Assembly (NCBI GenBank): GCA_965203535.1
Contig: OZ241897.1
Span: forward strand, 5,963,697-6,027,696
Origin: Acidobacteriota bacterium
GTDB lineage: Bacteria > Acidobacteriota > UBA6911 > RPQK01 > JAJDTT01
Reading direction: 5' to 3'
DNA: 64,000 nt
Positions 18,004 through 28,070 of this stretch are shown here, in pieces. Positions within the stretch are counted from its first letter, which is position 1. The number at the start of each line of letters is the position of its first letter. The position numbers and the translations under genes are program-made. Under the pieces are notes generated by a model. It worked only from the letters and a program-made list of their open reading frames with translations, ran no database searches and was not told the origin of the DNA.

Positions 18004-19368
18004 ATGCAAGATTCCCTCGAGCGGTTGACGTCTTCGCTTCGCAGCTCGCAGATGCTGCGCCTCCTCCTGGTCGGATTCCTGGCTTTACTGCTCCAGATTC
18101 CCATCGAGATGATCGCGGAGCTGGTCTCGGAGCGCCAGGAGAGGCGCCGGGAGGCGGTGGCCGAGGTTTCGTCAAAGTGGGGAAACGACCAGGTCATCAC
18201 CGGCCCGGCGTTGGTCGTGCCCTACACACATCGGTGGACCGAGGTCGCGACCGGCGGCCAGGAAGTCGCCCGCACCGAGGTCCGAAACGCCGTCTTCCTG
18301 CCGGACCGGCTCCACGCTCGCGGCTCCATCGACAGCGAGACTCGCTTTCGCGGGATCTTCTCAGTCCCGGTCTACCGCCTCAGCCTGACCGTCGAAGGCG
18401 AGTTCGCCCGTCCCAGCTTCGCCGAGTTCGATGTCGAGCCCGAGGCGGTCCACTGGGATCGAGCCTGGCTGGCCGTCGGGATATCGGACGCGCGCGCAAT
18501 TCAGGAAGAGACCTTCGTATCGTGGAACGGCCAGCGCGCGTCATTCCTTCCGGGCACCGGAGCCTTCCTGGGCGGGGTCGTGGGGATCCACGCGGTGGTC
18601 GGCGTGGCGGAGGCAACGGAGCGGTTCAAATTCTCCTTCCCGCTCTCCCTGAACGGCAGCCTCGGCCTCTACCTCACTCCCTTCGGGCAACAGACCGTCG
18701 TCGAACTCCGGTCGGACTACGGCCATCCCGGCTTTCAGGGCAACTGGCTCCCGACCGAGCGTTCCGTGTCGGCCACGGACTTCCAGGCCAAGTGGTCGAT
18801 CCCGTTTCTGGGCCGAAACTACCCGCAGGCGTGGAGAGCCGAGGCCAAGATGAATGAAGCCGTCGACGGCTCGCGCTTCGGTGTCGAGCTGGTCCATCCG
18901 GTGGACCACTACCGCATGGCGGAGCGCAGCGTAAAGTACGCCTTCCTCTTCATCCTCCTCCCCTTCGCCGTCGTCTGGCTGATCGAAGTCCTGGTAGGGA
19001 TTCGCGTCCATCCGATCCAATACCTCATGCTGGGAGGCGCCCTCTGCCTCTTCTACCTGCTGGAGCTCTCACTGTCCGAGCACATCGGCTTCCCCCTCGC
19101 CTATGCCTTGGCCAGCATTTTGATCATCGCATTGGTGGCCGCGTACTCGGTTGCGGTGCTCCACCGCTTGCGGCTCGCCTTGCTTCTCGCCGCCGGCGTC
19201 GCCTCTCTTTACGTCTACCTGTACGTCCTCCTCATGAACGAGGACTTTGCCCTTCTCATCGGATCCCTCGGCCTCTTCGCCATCCTCGCGGCCATCATGT
19301 ACGCCACCCGGCGCGTCGACTGGTACAAGGGAGGTTCCCGGCCTCCGGAATCACACGGGTCTTCGTAG
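18004..19368 (+). CDS. creD: Inner membrane protein CreD
   Basis: ER..R..EA..EVS.KWG..Q...GP.L.VPY, RGIF.VPVY, FGVEL..PVD.Y...ER..KYA, HPIQY, LSLSEHIGF, TRRVDWY. Confidence 0.92.
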   Translation: MQDSLERLTSSLRSSQMLRLLLVGFLALLLQIPIEMIAELVSERQERRREAVAEVSSKWGNDQVITGPALVVPYTHRWTEVATGGQEVARTEVRNAVFLPDRLHARGSIDSETRFRGIFSVPVYRLSLTVEGEFARPSFAEFDVEPEAVHWDRAWLAVGISDARAIQEETFVSWNGQRASFLPGTGAFLGGVVGIHAVVGVAEATERFKFSFPLSLNGSLGLYLTPFGQQTVVELRSDYGHPGFQGNWLPTERSVSATDFQAKWSIPFLGRNYPQAWRAEAKMNEAVDGSRFGVELVHPVDHYRMAERSVKYAFLFILLPFAVVWLIEVLVGIRVHPIQYLMLGGALCLFYLLELSLSEHIGFPLAYALASILIIALVAAYSVAVLHRLRLALLLAAGVASLYVYLYVLLMNEDFALLIGSLGLFAILAAIMYATRRVDWYKGGSRPPESHGSS

Positions 19369-19463
19369 TCGTGGGAACGAGCCGGTCGGCAAGCCGGTGA
19401 AGCTGCCGACAATCGGCAGTGTCAGGTCAGCTCTCGAACAGTTCGTCCTTAACACTTCAGGTT

Positions 19464-20948
19464 CTAACGGGGCCAATCGGACGGGACCCGGACGACGAAG
19501 GTTCCCGCGATCTTGTCGTGCCATGCCTGCCGCTCCGCATCCCAGAGAATCCAGAGCCATCCCAATCCGAAGACCAACGTCGAAAGGATGCTGCCGAGTC
19601 CACGCACCGCCGCCTCGGTGAACCGGATCGGCGCTCCATCGGTACGCACGACGCGCACGCGGCAGATGATGCCGCCGACCGTCGTTCCTCTCCAACTCCA
19701 GTGAGCGACGCGATAGGCCAGAAAGAGCAGAATCGTTCTTCCGCCGTGGATGTCAAGCAGGTAGGCGACGAATGCCACCATGACGAGATCGATCAGGAGC
19801 GCTCCGATTCGGTTGAAAAATCTGGCGCGGGGAAACGTCGAAAGATCGTCTGCCGGCGCGGATTCGTCCGCAAGTGCGCTATTCGTGTGCACTTCCGGTG
19901 ACCCTGCGTCAACCGGTCCCGTGCCTGCCGATACCGGCGGCGGCGACGGAACGCCCGGGGACGGAACGGCTGGCCTCTCTCTCCTCAACCCCACAAAGGC
20001 TTCGGTTGTGGCGGCGCCCAACGCCAGCACGCACAACACGGACCATGCGGCGAACCCGAGGACCGGAATCATGTAGACCAGAGTGATCACCGCAAATCCG
20101 ATGAGCAGCGACCTCGCTGCATCGGCACGGTTCTCCGGAGACCCCTCGGCCAGTATTCGCCTGCCGATCCAGCGTGCGACGCCTACGCTGCCGAAGAGGG
20201 CGGCGACCAGAAGCAATATCCAGAAGAATGGAATCAGGACCAGGCCGATGACGGTCACCACAAGCATCAACGAAACGGGTGCGATCAGAACCACCGCCAG
20301 CATTCCTACCAGCCCGACGCTCAGCGGTTTTTCGTCTAGAGCCTGTGCGCAGGCATGCACAGTGCCCGGGAAAACAAAGTTGATCAGCAGATACAAGACG
20401 GCCAGAACGGCCACGATGGCCCAGACCCAGGGGAGACCCGGCACGATCGGCCGGCCCCAAAGCAGACCGTGGGTGAACCAGGGAATCATGTCGGCCACCA
20501 TCCCCCCCGCGGGGATCGCCCCGATCGATACCTGTTCCCCGCCCGGTTCAAAGCCGGCGGGAACTTCGAGCCCGCCACCGAGCACCACCAGGTCTCCCTG
20601 CACCGCGGCGCCTTCCTCGATTTCGACCGTTCCACCCAAAACCACGGCATCACCTTGGACGCGAGCGCTTCCGGCAAGCGTCGCTCCACCGGCGATCACC
20701 ACCATTTCGTCCCTGACCGTTCCTTCGATTCGAGCCAAGCCCGAAATGACGACGATTCGTTCGACTTCCTGATCGCTTCGCAGAACATAGTTTCCGCCGA
20801 TCTTCACCACTTCACCGTCATCACCGCCGATTTCCAGAACCCCGGGACCCGGCACCGCGTCAGAGTCGCCGGAATCGGTCCCGCAACCCGCTGTGAGACC
20901 CAAAATGACGATCAACATCAGTCCTGACACACCCCAAACGAACTTCAT
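19464..20948 (-). CDS. Membrane protein with N-terminal polymer-forming (bactofilin-like) beta-helix and C-terminal RDD domain
   Basis: Repeated V.GD.VV.GG; multiple TM helices; RIGALLID...QAWHDKIAGTFVV. Confidence 0.8.
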   Translation of the reverse strand: MKFVWGVSGLMLIVILGLTAGCGTDSGDSDAVPGPGVLEIGGDDGEVVKIGGNYVLRSDQEVERIVVISGLARIEGTVRDEMVVIAGGATLAGSARVQGDAVVLGGTVEIEEGAAVQGDLVVLGGGLEVPAGFEPGGEQVSIGAIPAGGMVADMIPWFTHGLLWGRPIVPGLPWVWAIVAVLAVLYLLINFVFPGTVHACAQALDEKPLSVGLVGMLAVVLIAPVSLMLVVTVIGLVLIPFFWILLLVAALFGSVGVARWIGRRILAEGSPENRADAARSLLIGFAVITLVYMIPVLGFAAWSVLCVLALGAATTEAFVGLRRERPAVPSPGVPSPPPVSAGTGPVDAGSPEVHTNSALADESAPADDLSTFPRARFFNRIGALLIDLVMVAFVAYLLDIHGGRTILLFLAYRVAHWSWRGTTVGGIICRVRVVRTDGAPIRFTEAAVRGLGSILSTLVFGLGWLWILWDAERQAWHDKIAGTFVVRVPSDWPR

Positions 20949-21397
20949 CGTCCAACCTCCCTTTCCTGGAGCAAGCGGGCCAACGCCGCGCCGAGAAATG
21001 CGCTCGCCATGTACACCATTGCCATCACGGCCATGAGATATCCCACAATTGATTCCAGAATCACCCGCCGCAAGATGCGGGCGCTGTCCGCCAGCACCAC
21101 AACCGTATCGGTGACGGCAACGATGCTCGTCCCCAATCTCGTGGCCCCATAAGAATCGAAGATCCCAGGTGCCCCTTCCACGACGTGCCACGCCGCGCCA
21201 CAGAGCACGACGAGCAGTCCAACCGACACCACTTGCCAGACCCGGGGCCAGGCGATCCAAGGCTGGCCGTACCACGGGCTCTCACGCCGTCTTCGAACCT
21301 GGGCCATCACCCGGGGGGCGAGAGTCCGCGGCGCCTTTGGCGGCGGGAGCTCGGCCAGTCTTCGATGAATCAGGGACTCCAGATCATCGCGATTCAT
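20945..21397 (-). CDS. Putative membrane anti-sigma factor
   Basis: L..LP...AP.TL..RVMA motif, two TM segments, overlaps the ECF sigma stop. Confidence 0.7.
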   Translation of the reverse strand: MNRDDLESLIHRRLAELPPPKAPRTLAPRVMAQVRRRRESPWYGQPWIAWPRVWQVVSVGLLVVLCGAAWHVVEGAPGIFDSYGATRLGTSIVAVTDTVVVLADSARILRRVILESIVGYLMAVMAMVYMASAFLGAALARLLQEREVGR

Positions 21398-21926
21398 GGT
21401 CCACCTCCATCATGCGCCGGAGAGCCCGGCGGCCCCGGTGAATGTCGGTCTTCACCTTGGCCAGGGTGACGTCCAGCATTCCGGCGATCTCTCCGTAGCT
21501 TCTGTCCTCGAAATGAAACAGCACCAGGGGCACCCGCTGATGAGGAGGCAGCCGGCGTAATCCCTGCTCCAGCCGCGCATGCTCGCCGGCGCGTTCCAAG
21601 TCCGCCGCCTGCGACCCGGGCGCCACCAGCCTCTCTTCGTAACTCCGTCCGGTCGTGGCGCTGTCGGACGAACGCTGACTGAACAACCGCCAGCGAGCCC
21701 GGTACCGGGAGAGATGGTTCAGGCACAGGTTCGTCGTCACGGTTCGCAGCCAACCTCCCGCCGCGGGGTTGCCGTCCAGCCGGTCGAAGTGTTCGAACGC
21801 CCTGAGAAACACCGTCTGGGACACGTCTTCGGCTTCGCTCTCGTCCCCCAGCAACCGCACGGCGATGCCGAAGACCCGGTCCTGGTGTTGGCAGACGAAC
21901 GCCTCAAAAGCGCTGTTGTCGATCAT
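21384..21926 (-). CDS. ECF sigma-70 factor
   Basis: AEDVSQTVFLRAF, WL..VT.NLC.N (region 2); SY.EIA.ML......VK..IHRGR (region 4). Confidence 0.92.
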   Translation of the reverse strand: MIDNSAFEAFVCQHQDRVFGIAVRLLGDESEAEDVSQTVFLRAFEHFDRLDGNPAAGGWLRTVTTNLCLNHLSRYRARWRLFSQRSSDSATTGRSYEERLVAPGSQAADLERAGEHARLEQGLRRLPPHQRVPLVLFHFEDRSYGEIAGMLDVTLAKVKTDIHRGRRALRRMMEVDHESR

Positions 21927-21962
21927 AGAACTCCGGCGGCTGCGGAATCATCGTCATATAGG

Positions 21963-21989
21963 AAACCCCGAAGACCAGCGAAAGTTGCA
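21963..21989 (-). promoter_or_regulatory. Possible ECF-type autoregulatory promoter
   Basis: Minus strand TGCAAC-N17-GTTT upstream of the ECF gene. Confidence 0.3.
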
Positions 21990-22101
21990 TTCGTTCGTCG
22001 AAATACTTGATTCAAACTTCAGACTTGAGATGATCTCATTCATCATATGCTCAGCGATCCGGCGGAAAATCCGGGCTTGCTGCCAGACAACGGGAGGCGC
22101 C

Positions 22102-23316
22102 ATGAACTGGACCAGATATCGGAGTGCCTGTGGAATTTTTCTCGGATTCGCCACCGCGAGCTTGGCCCTCCAGGCCCGGGACCTGAAGTTCGAGGAACAC
22201 CTCATCTCCAACGACTACACCTACGCCTACGCCGTGGCGGCCGCGGACCTGGACGGCGACGGCGACCTGGATCTCACGAGTTCCGACTGCGGGACCAAGG
22301 GGTCGCGCATCCACAATGCCTTCTACTGGTTCGAGAACGACGGGTCCGGCAAGTTCCAGCGCCATTTCGTGGCCAAGGAGGACTGGCAAGGACGTTACGA
22401 ACGGCACCGCCTGGCGGACATCAATCAGGACGGGCGAATCGACCTGGTGGGGATCGACAACTTCTACGGCGACGTCTTCTGGTTCGAGAACCCGGGCAAT
22501 CCGGCGCAGACCGATTCCTGGAAGAGGCACGCCATCACGAGCGGCGGCCTCATGGGGGCCTACGACGTGGACGTGGCCGATCTGGACGGGGACGGCCGTC
22601 CGGACGTGGCCGCCTCCAGTTGGCGGCTCGGGAACAAGTTCACCTGGTATCGGAATCCCGGTCCATGGCAGCACGAGGAGTGGCCCGCCCACGTCGTGGA
22701 CGAAGGCCGGTTCGAGACCCGGATGATCCGGACGGGAGACTTCAACGGGGACGGGCTCATCGACCTGGTGGGATCGGCCCGGGTGGCCGGCATGGTGCTC
22801 TGGTACGAGAACAGCGGGAATCCGGCCGCCGGTCCCTGGCGGCGGCACGTCATCAGCCTCCGCCACCGGCCCATGCATGGGACCCCCGCCGATATGGACG
22901 GGGACGGAGACCTGGACCTGATTATGGCGGGCGGCCTGTTGGGGGGAGAGGCTCCCGAACAACACTACTTGGTCTGGTATGAGAACGCGGACGGACCCGG
23001 GCGGGCCCGCCACTGGCGCATGCACAACATCGAGGAAGGATTCTGGTACGGCTTCGAGGGTGTTCCCCACGACCTGGACCGGGACGGCGACCTGGACGTG
23101 GTGGCCACCGGGTTCGGCCAACAGGGGCAGATCGCCTGGTACGAGAATTCCGGAGATCCCACGGCGCCCTGGAAGAAGCACCCGCTGAAGGAGCATTGGA
23201 TCCTGGGCGCCACCGTCATCGTGGCCGACATGGACGGGGACGAGTGGCCCGACGTCGTCGCCGTGAACGAGCGGGGCCTCGAGCTGCGCTGGTGGCACAA
23301 CCGGGGTCCCCAGTAG
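22102..23316 (+). CDS. Secreted FG-GAP/VCBS repeat protein
   Basis: GGAGG RBS; seven D.DGDG..D repeats with WYEN motifs. Confidence 0.88.
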   Translation: MNWTRYRSACGIFLGFATASLALQARDLKFEEHLISNDYTYAYAVAAADLDGDGDLDLTSSDCGTKGSRIHNAFYWFENDGSGKFQRHFVAKEDWQGRYERHRLADINQDGRIDLVGIDNFYGDVFWFENPGNPAQTDSWKRHAITSGGLMGAYDVDVADLDGDGRPDVAASSWRLGNKFTWYRNPGPWQHEEWPAHVVDEGRFETRMIRTGDFNGDGLIDLVGSARVAGMVLWYENSGNPAAGPWRRHVISLRHRPMHGTPADMDGDGDLDLIMAGGLLGGEAPEQHYLVWYENADGPGRARHWRMHNIEEGFWYGFEGVPHDLDRDGDLDVVATGFGQQGQIAWYENSGDPTAPWKKHPLKEHWILGATVIVADMDGDEWPDVVAVNERGLELRWWHNRGPQ

Positions 23317-23470
23317 GAGGGGGGACTTTCCTGTCCCCCCGTGCTTCATTATTGCTGTGTGTTTCGGCAAGCGGAAAGCGTAGAGTGGGGACTACCGTCC
23401 CCCCTAATCCCCCCAAGAGGGCGACTAAAAGTCGCCCCTCCCATTCGGCGACAAGGATGTCGCCGCTTCC
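23313..23470. repeat. Cluster of REP-like hairpins
   Basis: GTAGGAGGGGGGACTTTCCTGTCCCCC, GGGGACTACCGTCCCC, GGGGCGACTAAAAGTCGCCCC, CGGCGACAAGGATGTCGCCG; the same modules occur inverted at 51530-51745 and 59625-59750. Confidence 0.75.
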
Positions 23471-25197
23471 GTCTCCGGTTCGTAGACCGGGTCTCCACGG
23501 TGGAGTCGAACAGCCACGCGGAGGGTCTGGTTCATGGCCCTTTGCGTCGGAGCGTGGGCCGCCAGGTAGCGGGCCGCGCCCACCATCACCAGATTCCTCT
23601 CCTCCCGATCCTCCGACTCGCCGAATTGCCGAACGGCCGCCTCCAGCATCTGGAAGGTGTGGAAGTTGGCATCTTCCCGCATCAGGCTCTCGGTCAGCGC
23701 CGAGATGAGCGGACCCTCGGACCCGCCCCCCTCCAGGTAGCTCCAGACCATCTGTCCGGCCCGGTCCGTCTCCTGCTGGTGGTTCATGAGGGTCAGCAGG
23801 CGGGACCGGATCGAATTCCCCTCCGCTCCGATTCCATCCGAGGCGCGGGTCGAAGGAAACCGCGCCGGCGGGATATTGAAAAACCGGTCCAGGTAGACCC
23901 GCATGGCTCCGTGGAACACTCCCCTCGTCAGATCCGGCGACTGGTTGCGTTTGAGCAGTTGATGCAGGGCGTTGGAGTAGGTGAAGGTGTGAAGGACGGC
24001 GATCCAGTCGGCCAGCTCGTTCTGGACGTGAAAGCGGACGATGCGCAGCGCCGCGGCACAGGCTACCGCCTGGGCCAACTGCACCGGTCGGGCGCCCCCG
24101 CGCAATGCCCCCAGCAGCGCCTCGATGGGGGTGTGGGGATCGTCGCTGAACAGGGCATCGGTGAAGTCCTTCGGCTTGGTCCAGGTCTTCCCCCGCCCCG
24201 ATTCCAGAGCCTCGGGAATCTGTGCCACAGCCTGGCGCAGCACCGGCACCAGGTCGATGGGGTGCCGCCACGGGTTCCTCTCCTCGCTTCGGACCGCCAG
24301 GCACAGAGGCTGGATCAGGGCGGGCAGCAACCGGCCGGCATGCTCCCATCCGATTCGGTCCAACAGTTCGAACGCCTTGTTCACGAAGTCGATGACGTGG
24401 CCCCCGTCCAGGTAGACGTGGTCGGTGGCTGCAGCCCCGACCAGGTCGGTCAACTCGGCGCTCGTCATCCCCTTGTGGACGGCGGTCAGCAGGCAGCGCT
24501 CCGCGCCCTCCGTGCTCCGGACCTCCACGAAGTAGCGGAACCATCGCTTGAGATGGCCCGCCGGGATCTCCTGATTTCGAAGGGGCGGGATCTCGAACTT
24601 GGGGGTGCGGCCGGCACAGTCCCGGGCGATGTGGACCAGGCCGTGGTACATGGGCGGGATCCGCTCGGTCCCCTCCAGGAGGTCGCAGACGTTGGCCATG
24701 GCGCTGAGGATGGTGAGGCCGGAGCTCCAGTCCCGGCGATGCCGGACGCCGTAGAGAGCGCCCTGCCGCGCGACCTCATCGTGGGAGACGCCGCTGTGGT
24801 GAAGCCCCACCACCGACTTGCCCACGATCAGGCTCAGGTTCTGCTCCATGCCCTCCTTGAGCCGCCGGCTCCAGCGCCGGACCGGATCGACCGGCGGCGG
24901 CGTGACGTCCAGGTAGACCTCTCCGCCCCGGACCTCCACGCCGTAGGAATCCACATCGTCGGCGAACAGATTGAAGGTGCATCCGCTCACCAGGTCGAAG
25001 CGGGCATGGTGCCAGTAGCAGGTGAGGATGCCGTCCTCCACGGTGCCGCGATGCAGGGGAAAACCCATGTGAGGACAGCGGTTGTCGACGGCGTGCAGCT
25101 CCCCGTCGTGGTCGAAGATAACGATGGGGACCGGGCCCCTGGACACCACCAGGGGACTCCTGGACCGAACTTCCTCCAGCGATCCGACGTGAAGCAT
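23425..25197 (-). CDS. Rieske [2Fe-2S] domain protein with large helical C-terminal region
   Basis: NRCPHMGFPL...LTCYWHHARFDL; GGGAGG upstream of MLHVG. Confidence 0.85.
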   Translation of the reverse strand: MLHVGSLEEVRSRSPLVVSRGPVPIVIFDHDGELHAVDNRCPHMGFPLHRGTVEDGILTCYWHHARFDLVSGCTFNLFADDVDSYGVEVRGGEVYLDVTPPPVDPVRRWSRRLKEGMEQNLSLIVGKSVVGLHHSGVSHDEVARQGALYGVRHRRDWSSGLTILSAMANVCDLLEGTERIPPMYHGLVHIARDCAGRTPKFEIPPLRNQEIPAGHLKRWFRYFVEVRSTEGAERCLLTAVHKGMTSAELTDLVGAAATDHVYLDGGHVIDFVNKAFELLDRIGWEHAGRLLPALIQPLCLAVRSEERNPWRHPIDLVPVLRQAVAQIPEALESGRGKTWTKPKDFTDALFSDDPHTPIEALLGALRGGARPVQLAQAVACAAALRIVRFHVQNELADWIAVLHTFTYSNALHQLLKRNQSPDLTRGVFHGAMRVYLDRFFNIPPARFPSTRASDGIGAEGNSIRSRLLTLMNHQQETDRAGQMVWSYLEGGGSEGPLISALTESLMREDANFHTFQMLEAAVRQFGESEDREERNLVMVGAARYLAAHAPTQRAMNQTLRVAVRLHRGDPVYEPETEAATSLSPNGRGDF

Positions 25198-25338
25198 CTT
25201 TCCTACCTCCCGCACCACAGAATACCTCAGCCCGAACGGGACGGGTTCCGAGCGCCGCCGGACCCCGGTACGAGCCATGCCTTTCCCGGGTGATTCCGCT
25301 ACACTTCCGACCGGACCAGAAAGGGAGGCGATTCATCC

Positions 25339-26646
25339 ATGTCTACAACGGTAAGTCCGTTCCCCGCCCCACGTGTGGCCGCGTTGGCCGGAGTGTTGTT
25401 GTGCGCAGCCTGCGCCGGTCCCGCTACCGAGGCGCCGGAGACGGATCCGGTCACCGAAATTCTCCAGCAGAACATGGTCGTCGACGCCGCGGTCACCACG
25501 CGGTTTTTCCGCTTCCCCAAGGAGCCGGAGACCTCCTTCGATCCGGCGGCCCTGCTGGCGGAGGGGATCGACGTCGCCGTCTTGGGCGTCGGGACGGTCA
25601 CCGAGGCGCTCATCGTGGGGGACTTCACTCCCTACCTCTACTCGTCCCCCGAGCCGGGGCATGTCCTGGCTCGAAGTGTCTTCACCGGTGCTGACGCCGT
25701 CAAGCGTTTCCTCTGGGAAGTGGACGCCGTCCACGAGACGGCCGCCGCCCACCCCGGCGTGGGTCTGGCTCTCACCGCGGACGACCTGGAACGCTTCCGC
25801 GCGGAAGGCAAGCTCTCTCTCATGCTGGGCGTGGACAGCGGCATCGTGGTCGAGGACCTGGCCACCCTTCGCGTCTACCACAAGCTGGGCCTGAGACGCC
25901 TGGAACTGGCCCACGCTTTCCCTGCCTCCTGGGCCGACGCCTGCTCCGGGATCCTGGACGACGACGACCTGGGACTGAACGACTTCGGACTGGAGGTGGT
26001 CCGGGAGTGCAATCGCCTGGGGATCCTGGTGGACCTGTCCCATTCCTCGGACCAGACCATGAAAGAGGCCATCGAGGCTTCCGACAAACCGGTCATCGCG
26101 TCCCATTCGGGAGCCCGGGCCCTGGTCGACGCGGTCCGAAACCTCACCGACGATCTGATCAAGGCACTGGCCAGAAAAGGCGGTTTGATCGCCGTCGGCG
26201 CCTATTACGACCCGAAACACCTGGAAGCGATCCGGACGGCGGGGACCTGGACGGCTCAGGCCCGGATCGGCAACTACCTGGCGGAACAATATCCCGATCC
26301 CTTCCGCCTGGCCGCAGCCATCCGCGATCCGGCCGAGAAGCAGAAGGCACTCGACGTCTTGGGTCTGCCTCCTCTGACTCCCCTTCTGACGGTCCGACCC
26401 TATTCCGGACTCATCACTCACGGCTCCAACGTGGAAGGCACCCTGGACCACATCGATCACATCGTCAAGCTGGTCGGGATCGACCACGTGGGCATCGGGA
26501 CCGACATCGACATGAGGCGGGAAGACTACGCCTGGCTCTACCGGCAGTTCGCGGGCGGCCTGCTGGAGCGAGGCTACTCGGTGGAGGAGATCGCCAAGAT
26601 CCTGGGTGGAAACTTCCTGCGCGTGCTCCGGGCCAACGAGGGGTAG
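25339..26646 (+). CDS. M19 membrane dipeptidase-like lipoprotein
   Basis: Lipobox CAAC; GLNDFG.EVV.ECNRLG..VDLSH, ASHS, RNL.D, DHIDH, IGTD, GGNFLRV. Confidence 0.85.
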   Translation: MSTTVSPFPAPRVAALAGVLLCAACAGPATEAPETDPVTEILQQNMVVDAAVTTRFFRFPKEPETSFDPAALLAEGIDVAVLGVGTVTEALIVGDFTPYLYSSPEPGHVLARSVFTGADAVKRFLWEVDAVHETAAAHPGVGLALTADDLERFRAEGKLSLMLGVDSGIVVEDLATLRVYHKLGLRRLELAHAFPASWADACSGILDDDDLGLNDFGLEVVRECNRLGILVDLSHSSDQTMKEAIEASDKPVIASHSGARALVDAVRNLTDDLIKALARKGGLIAVGAYYDPKHLEAIRTAGTWTAQARIGNYLAEQYPDPFRLAAAIRDPAEKQKALDVLGLPPLTPLLTVRPYSGLITHGSNVEGTLDHIDHIVKLVGIDHVGIGTDIDMRREDYAWLYRQFAGGLLERGYSVEEIAKILGGNFLRVLRANEG

Positions 26647-26692
26647 GAGTCTGCGCCGCACTTCCCGCATCAATCAAGGAGACGACTTTCCC

Positions 26693-28000
26693 ATGCACCT
26701 GAGCAGAAGCCGGTTTTCCGTCCCTGTTCGAACCGCGTTTACCGTCCTGTTGCTGTGCGGAGCCTGCGCCGGTCCCGCTCCCGAGGCGCCGGACGCGGAC
26801 CCGGTCACTGCGATTCTCCAACGGCACATGGTGGTCGACCCTGCGGTCACGACTCGGTTTTTCCGTTTTCCCGAGGAACCCGAAACCCCCTTCGACCCGG
26901 CGGCTCTGCTGGCGGGAGGGATCGACGTTTCCGTTCTGGGCGTCGGAACCGTCACCGAGGCGCTCCTGATAGGGGACCTGAGCGACTACTGGTACACCTC
27001 CCCGCCGCCGGGGTATGTCATCGCTCACAGCGTCTTCAGCGGCGCGGATGCCGTCAAACGTTTCCTGTGGGAAATCGATGCCGTCCACGAGGCGGCCGCC
27101 GCTCACTCCCAGGTGGAGCTGGCTCGCACCGTGAATGACTTGGAACGTTACCGTGCGGAAGGCAAGCTCTCCCTGATGCTGGGCGTGGACAGCGGCATCG
27201 TGGTCGAGGATCTGGCCACCCTTCGCGTCTACCACAGACTGGGCCTCAGGCGCCTGGAGCCCGCTCATGCGTTCCCCGCCTCCTGGGCCGATGCCTGCTC
27301 CGGGATCCTGGACGACGACGACCTGGGACTGAACGACTTCGGACTGGAGGTGGTGCGGGAGTGCAACCGCCTGGGGATCCTGCTGGACCTGTCCCATTCC
27401 TCGGACCAGACCATGGATGAGACCATCGAGGCCTCCGAGAAACCGGTCATCGCGTCTCATTCGGGGGCCCGGGGTGTCGTCGATGCGGTTCGCAACCTCA
27501 CCGACGATCAGATCAAGGCGCTGGCCCAAAAGGGCGGCTTGATCGCCGTCGGCGCCATGTACGATCCCAAACACCTGGAACCGATCCGCAAGACGGGTGC
27601 GTGGATGACCATGGCCAAGGTCAACAACTACCTGTTGGAACGCTATCCGGACCCCTTCCGGCTGGCTGCGGCCATACGCAACCCGGTGGAGAAACAGCAG
27701 GCCCTCCAGGCCTTGGACCTGGAGCCGCTGTCTTCCATCCACAAGGTCAGACCCCGGTCGGGGGTCATCACCCAGGGGGCCACCGTGGAAGGCACCCTGG
27801 ACCACATCGACTACATCGTGAAGCTGGTGGGGATCGACCACGTGAGCATCGGGACCGACACCGACATCAGGCGGGAGGACTACGTGTGGCTCTACCAGCA
27901 GTTCGTCGGCGGTCTTCTGGAACGGGGATACTCGGAAGGAGAGATCGGCAAGATCCTGAGCGGGAACTTTCTGCGCGTGCTCCGGGCCAACGAGGAGTAA
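26693..28000 (+). CDS. M19 membrane dipeptidase-like lipoprotein, tandem paralog
   Basis: Same length (435 aa) and motifs as 25339-26646; AAGGAG RBS. Confidence 0.85.
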   Translation: MHLSRSRFSVPVRTAFTVLLLCGACAGPAPEAPDADPVTAILQRHMVVDPAVTTRFFRFPEEPETPFDPAALLAGGIDVSVLGVGTVTEALLIGDLSDYWYTSPPPGYVIAHSVFSGADAVKRFLWEIDAVHEAAAAHSQVELARTVNDLERYRAEGKLSLMLGVDSGIVVEDLATLRVYHRLGLRRLEPAHAFPASWADACSGILDDDDLGLNDFGLEVVRECNRLGILLDLSHSSDQTMDETIEASEKPVIASHSGARGVVDAVRNLTDDQIKALAQKGGLIAVGAMYDPKHLEPIRKTGAWMTMAKVNNYLLERYPDPFRLAAAIRNPVEKQQALQALDLEPLSSIHKVRPRSGVITQGATVEGTLDHIDYIVKLVGIDHVSIGTDTDIRREDYVWLYQQFVGGLLERGYSEGEIGKILSGNFLRVLRANEE

Positions 28001-28070
28001 TGGAGTTCCACAGCCGGCCCGCATCCCGTCTGAAATCAACCCTCGGGACCGGCCCGAGAAAATCGCCGGC

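Noticed and set aside
26644-26656. Another MITE 1 end (TAGGAGTCTGCGC) after the dipeptidase stop
   Set aside because: Only 13 bp match with no partner inverted repeat; may be a scar but unsupported
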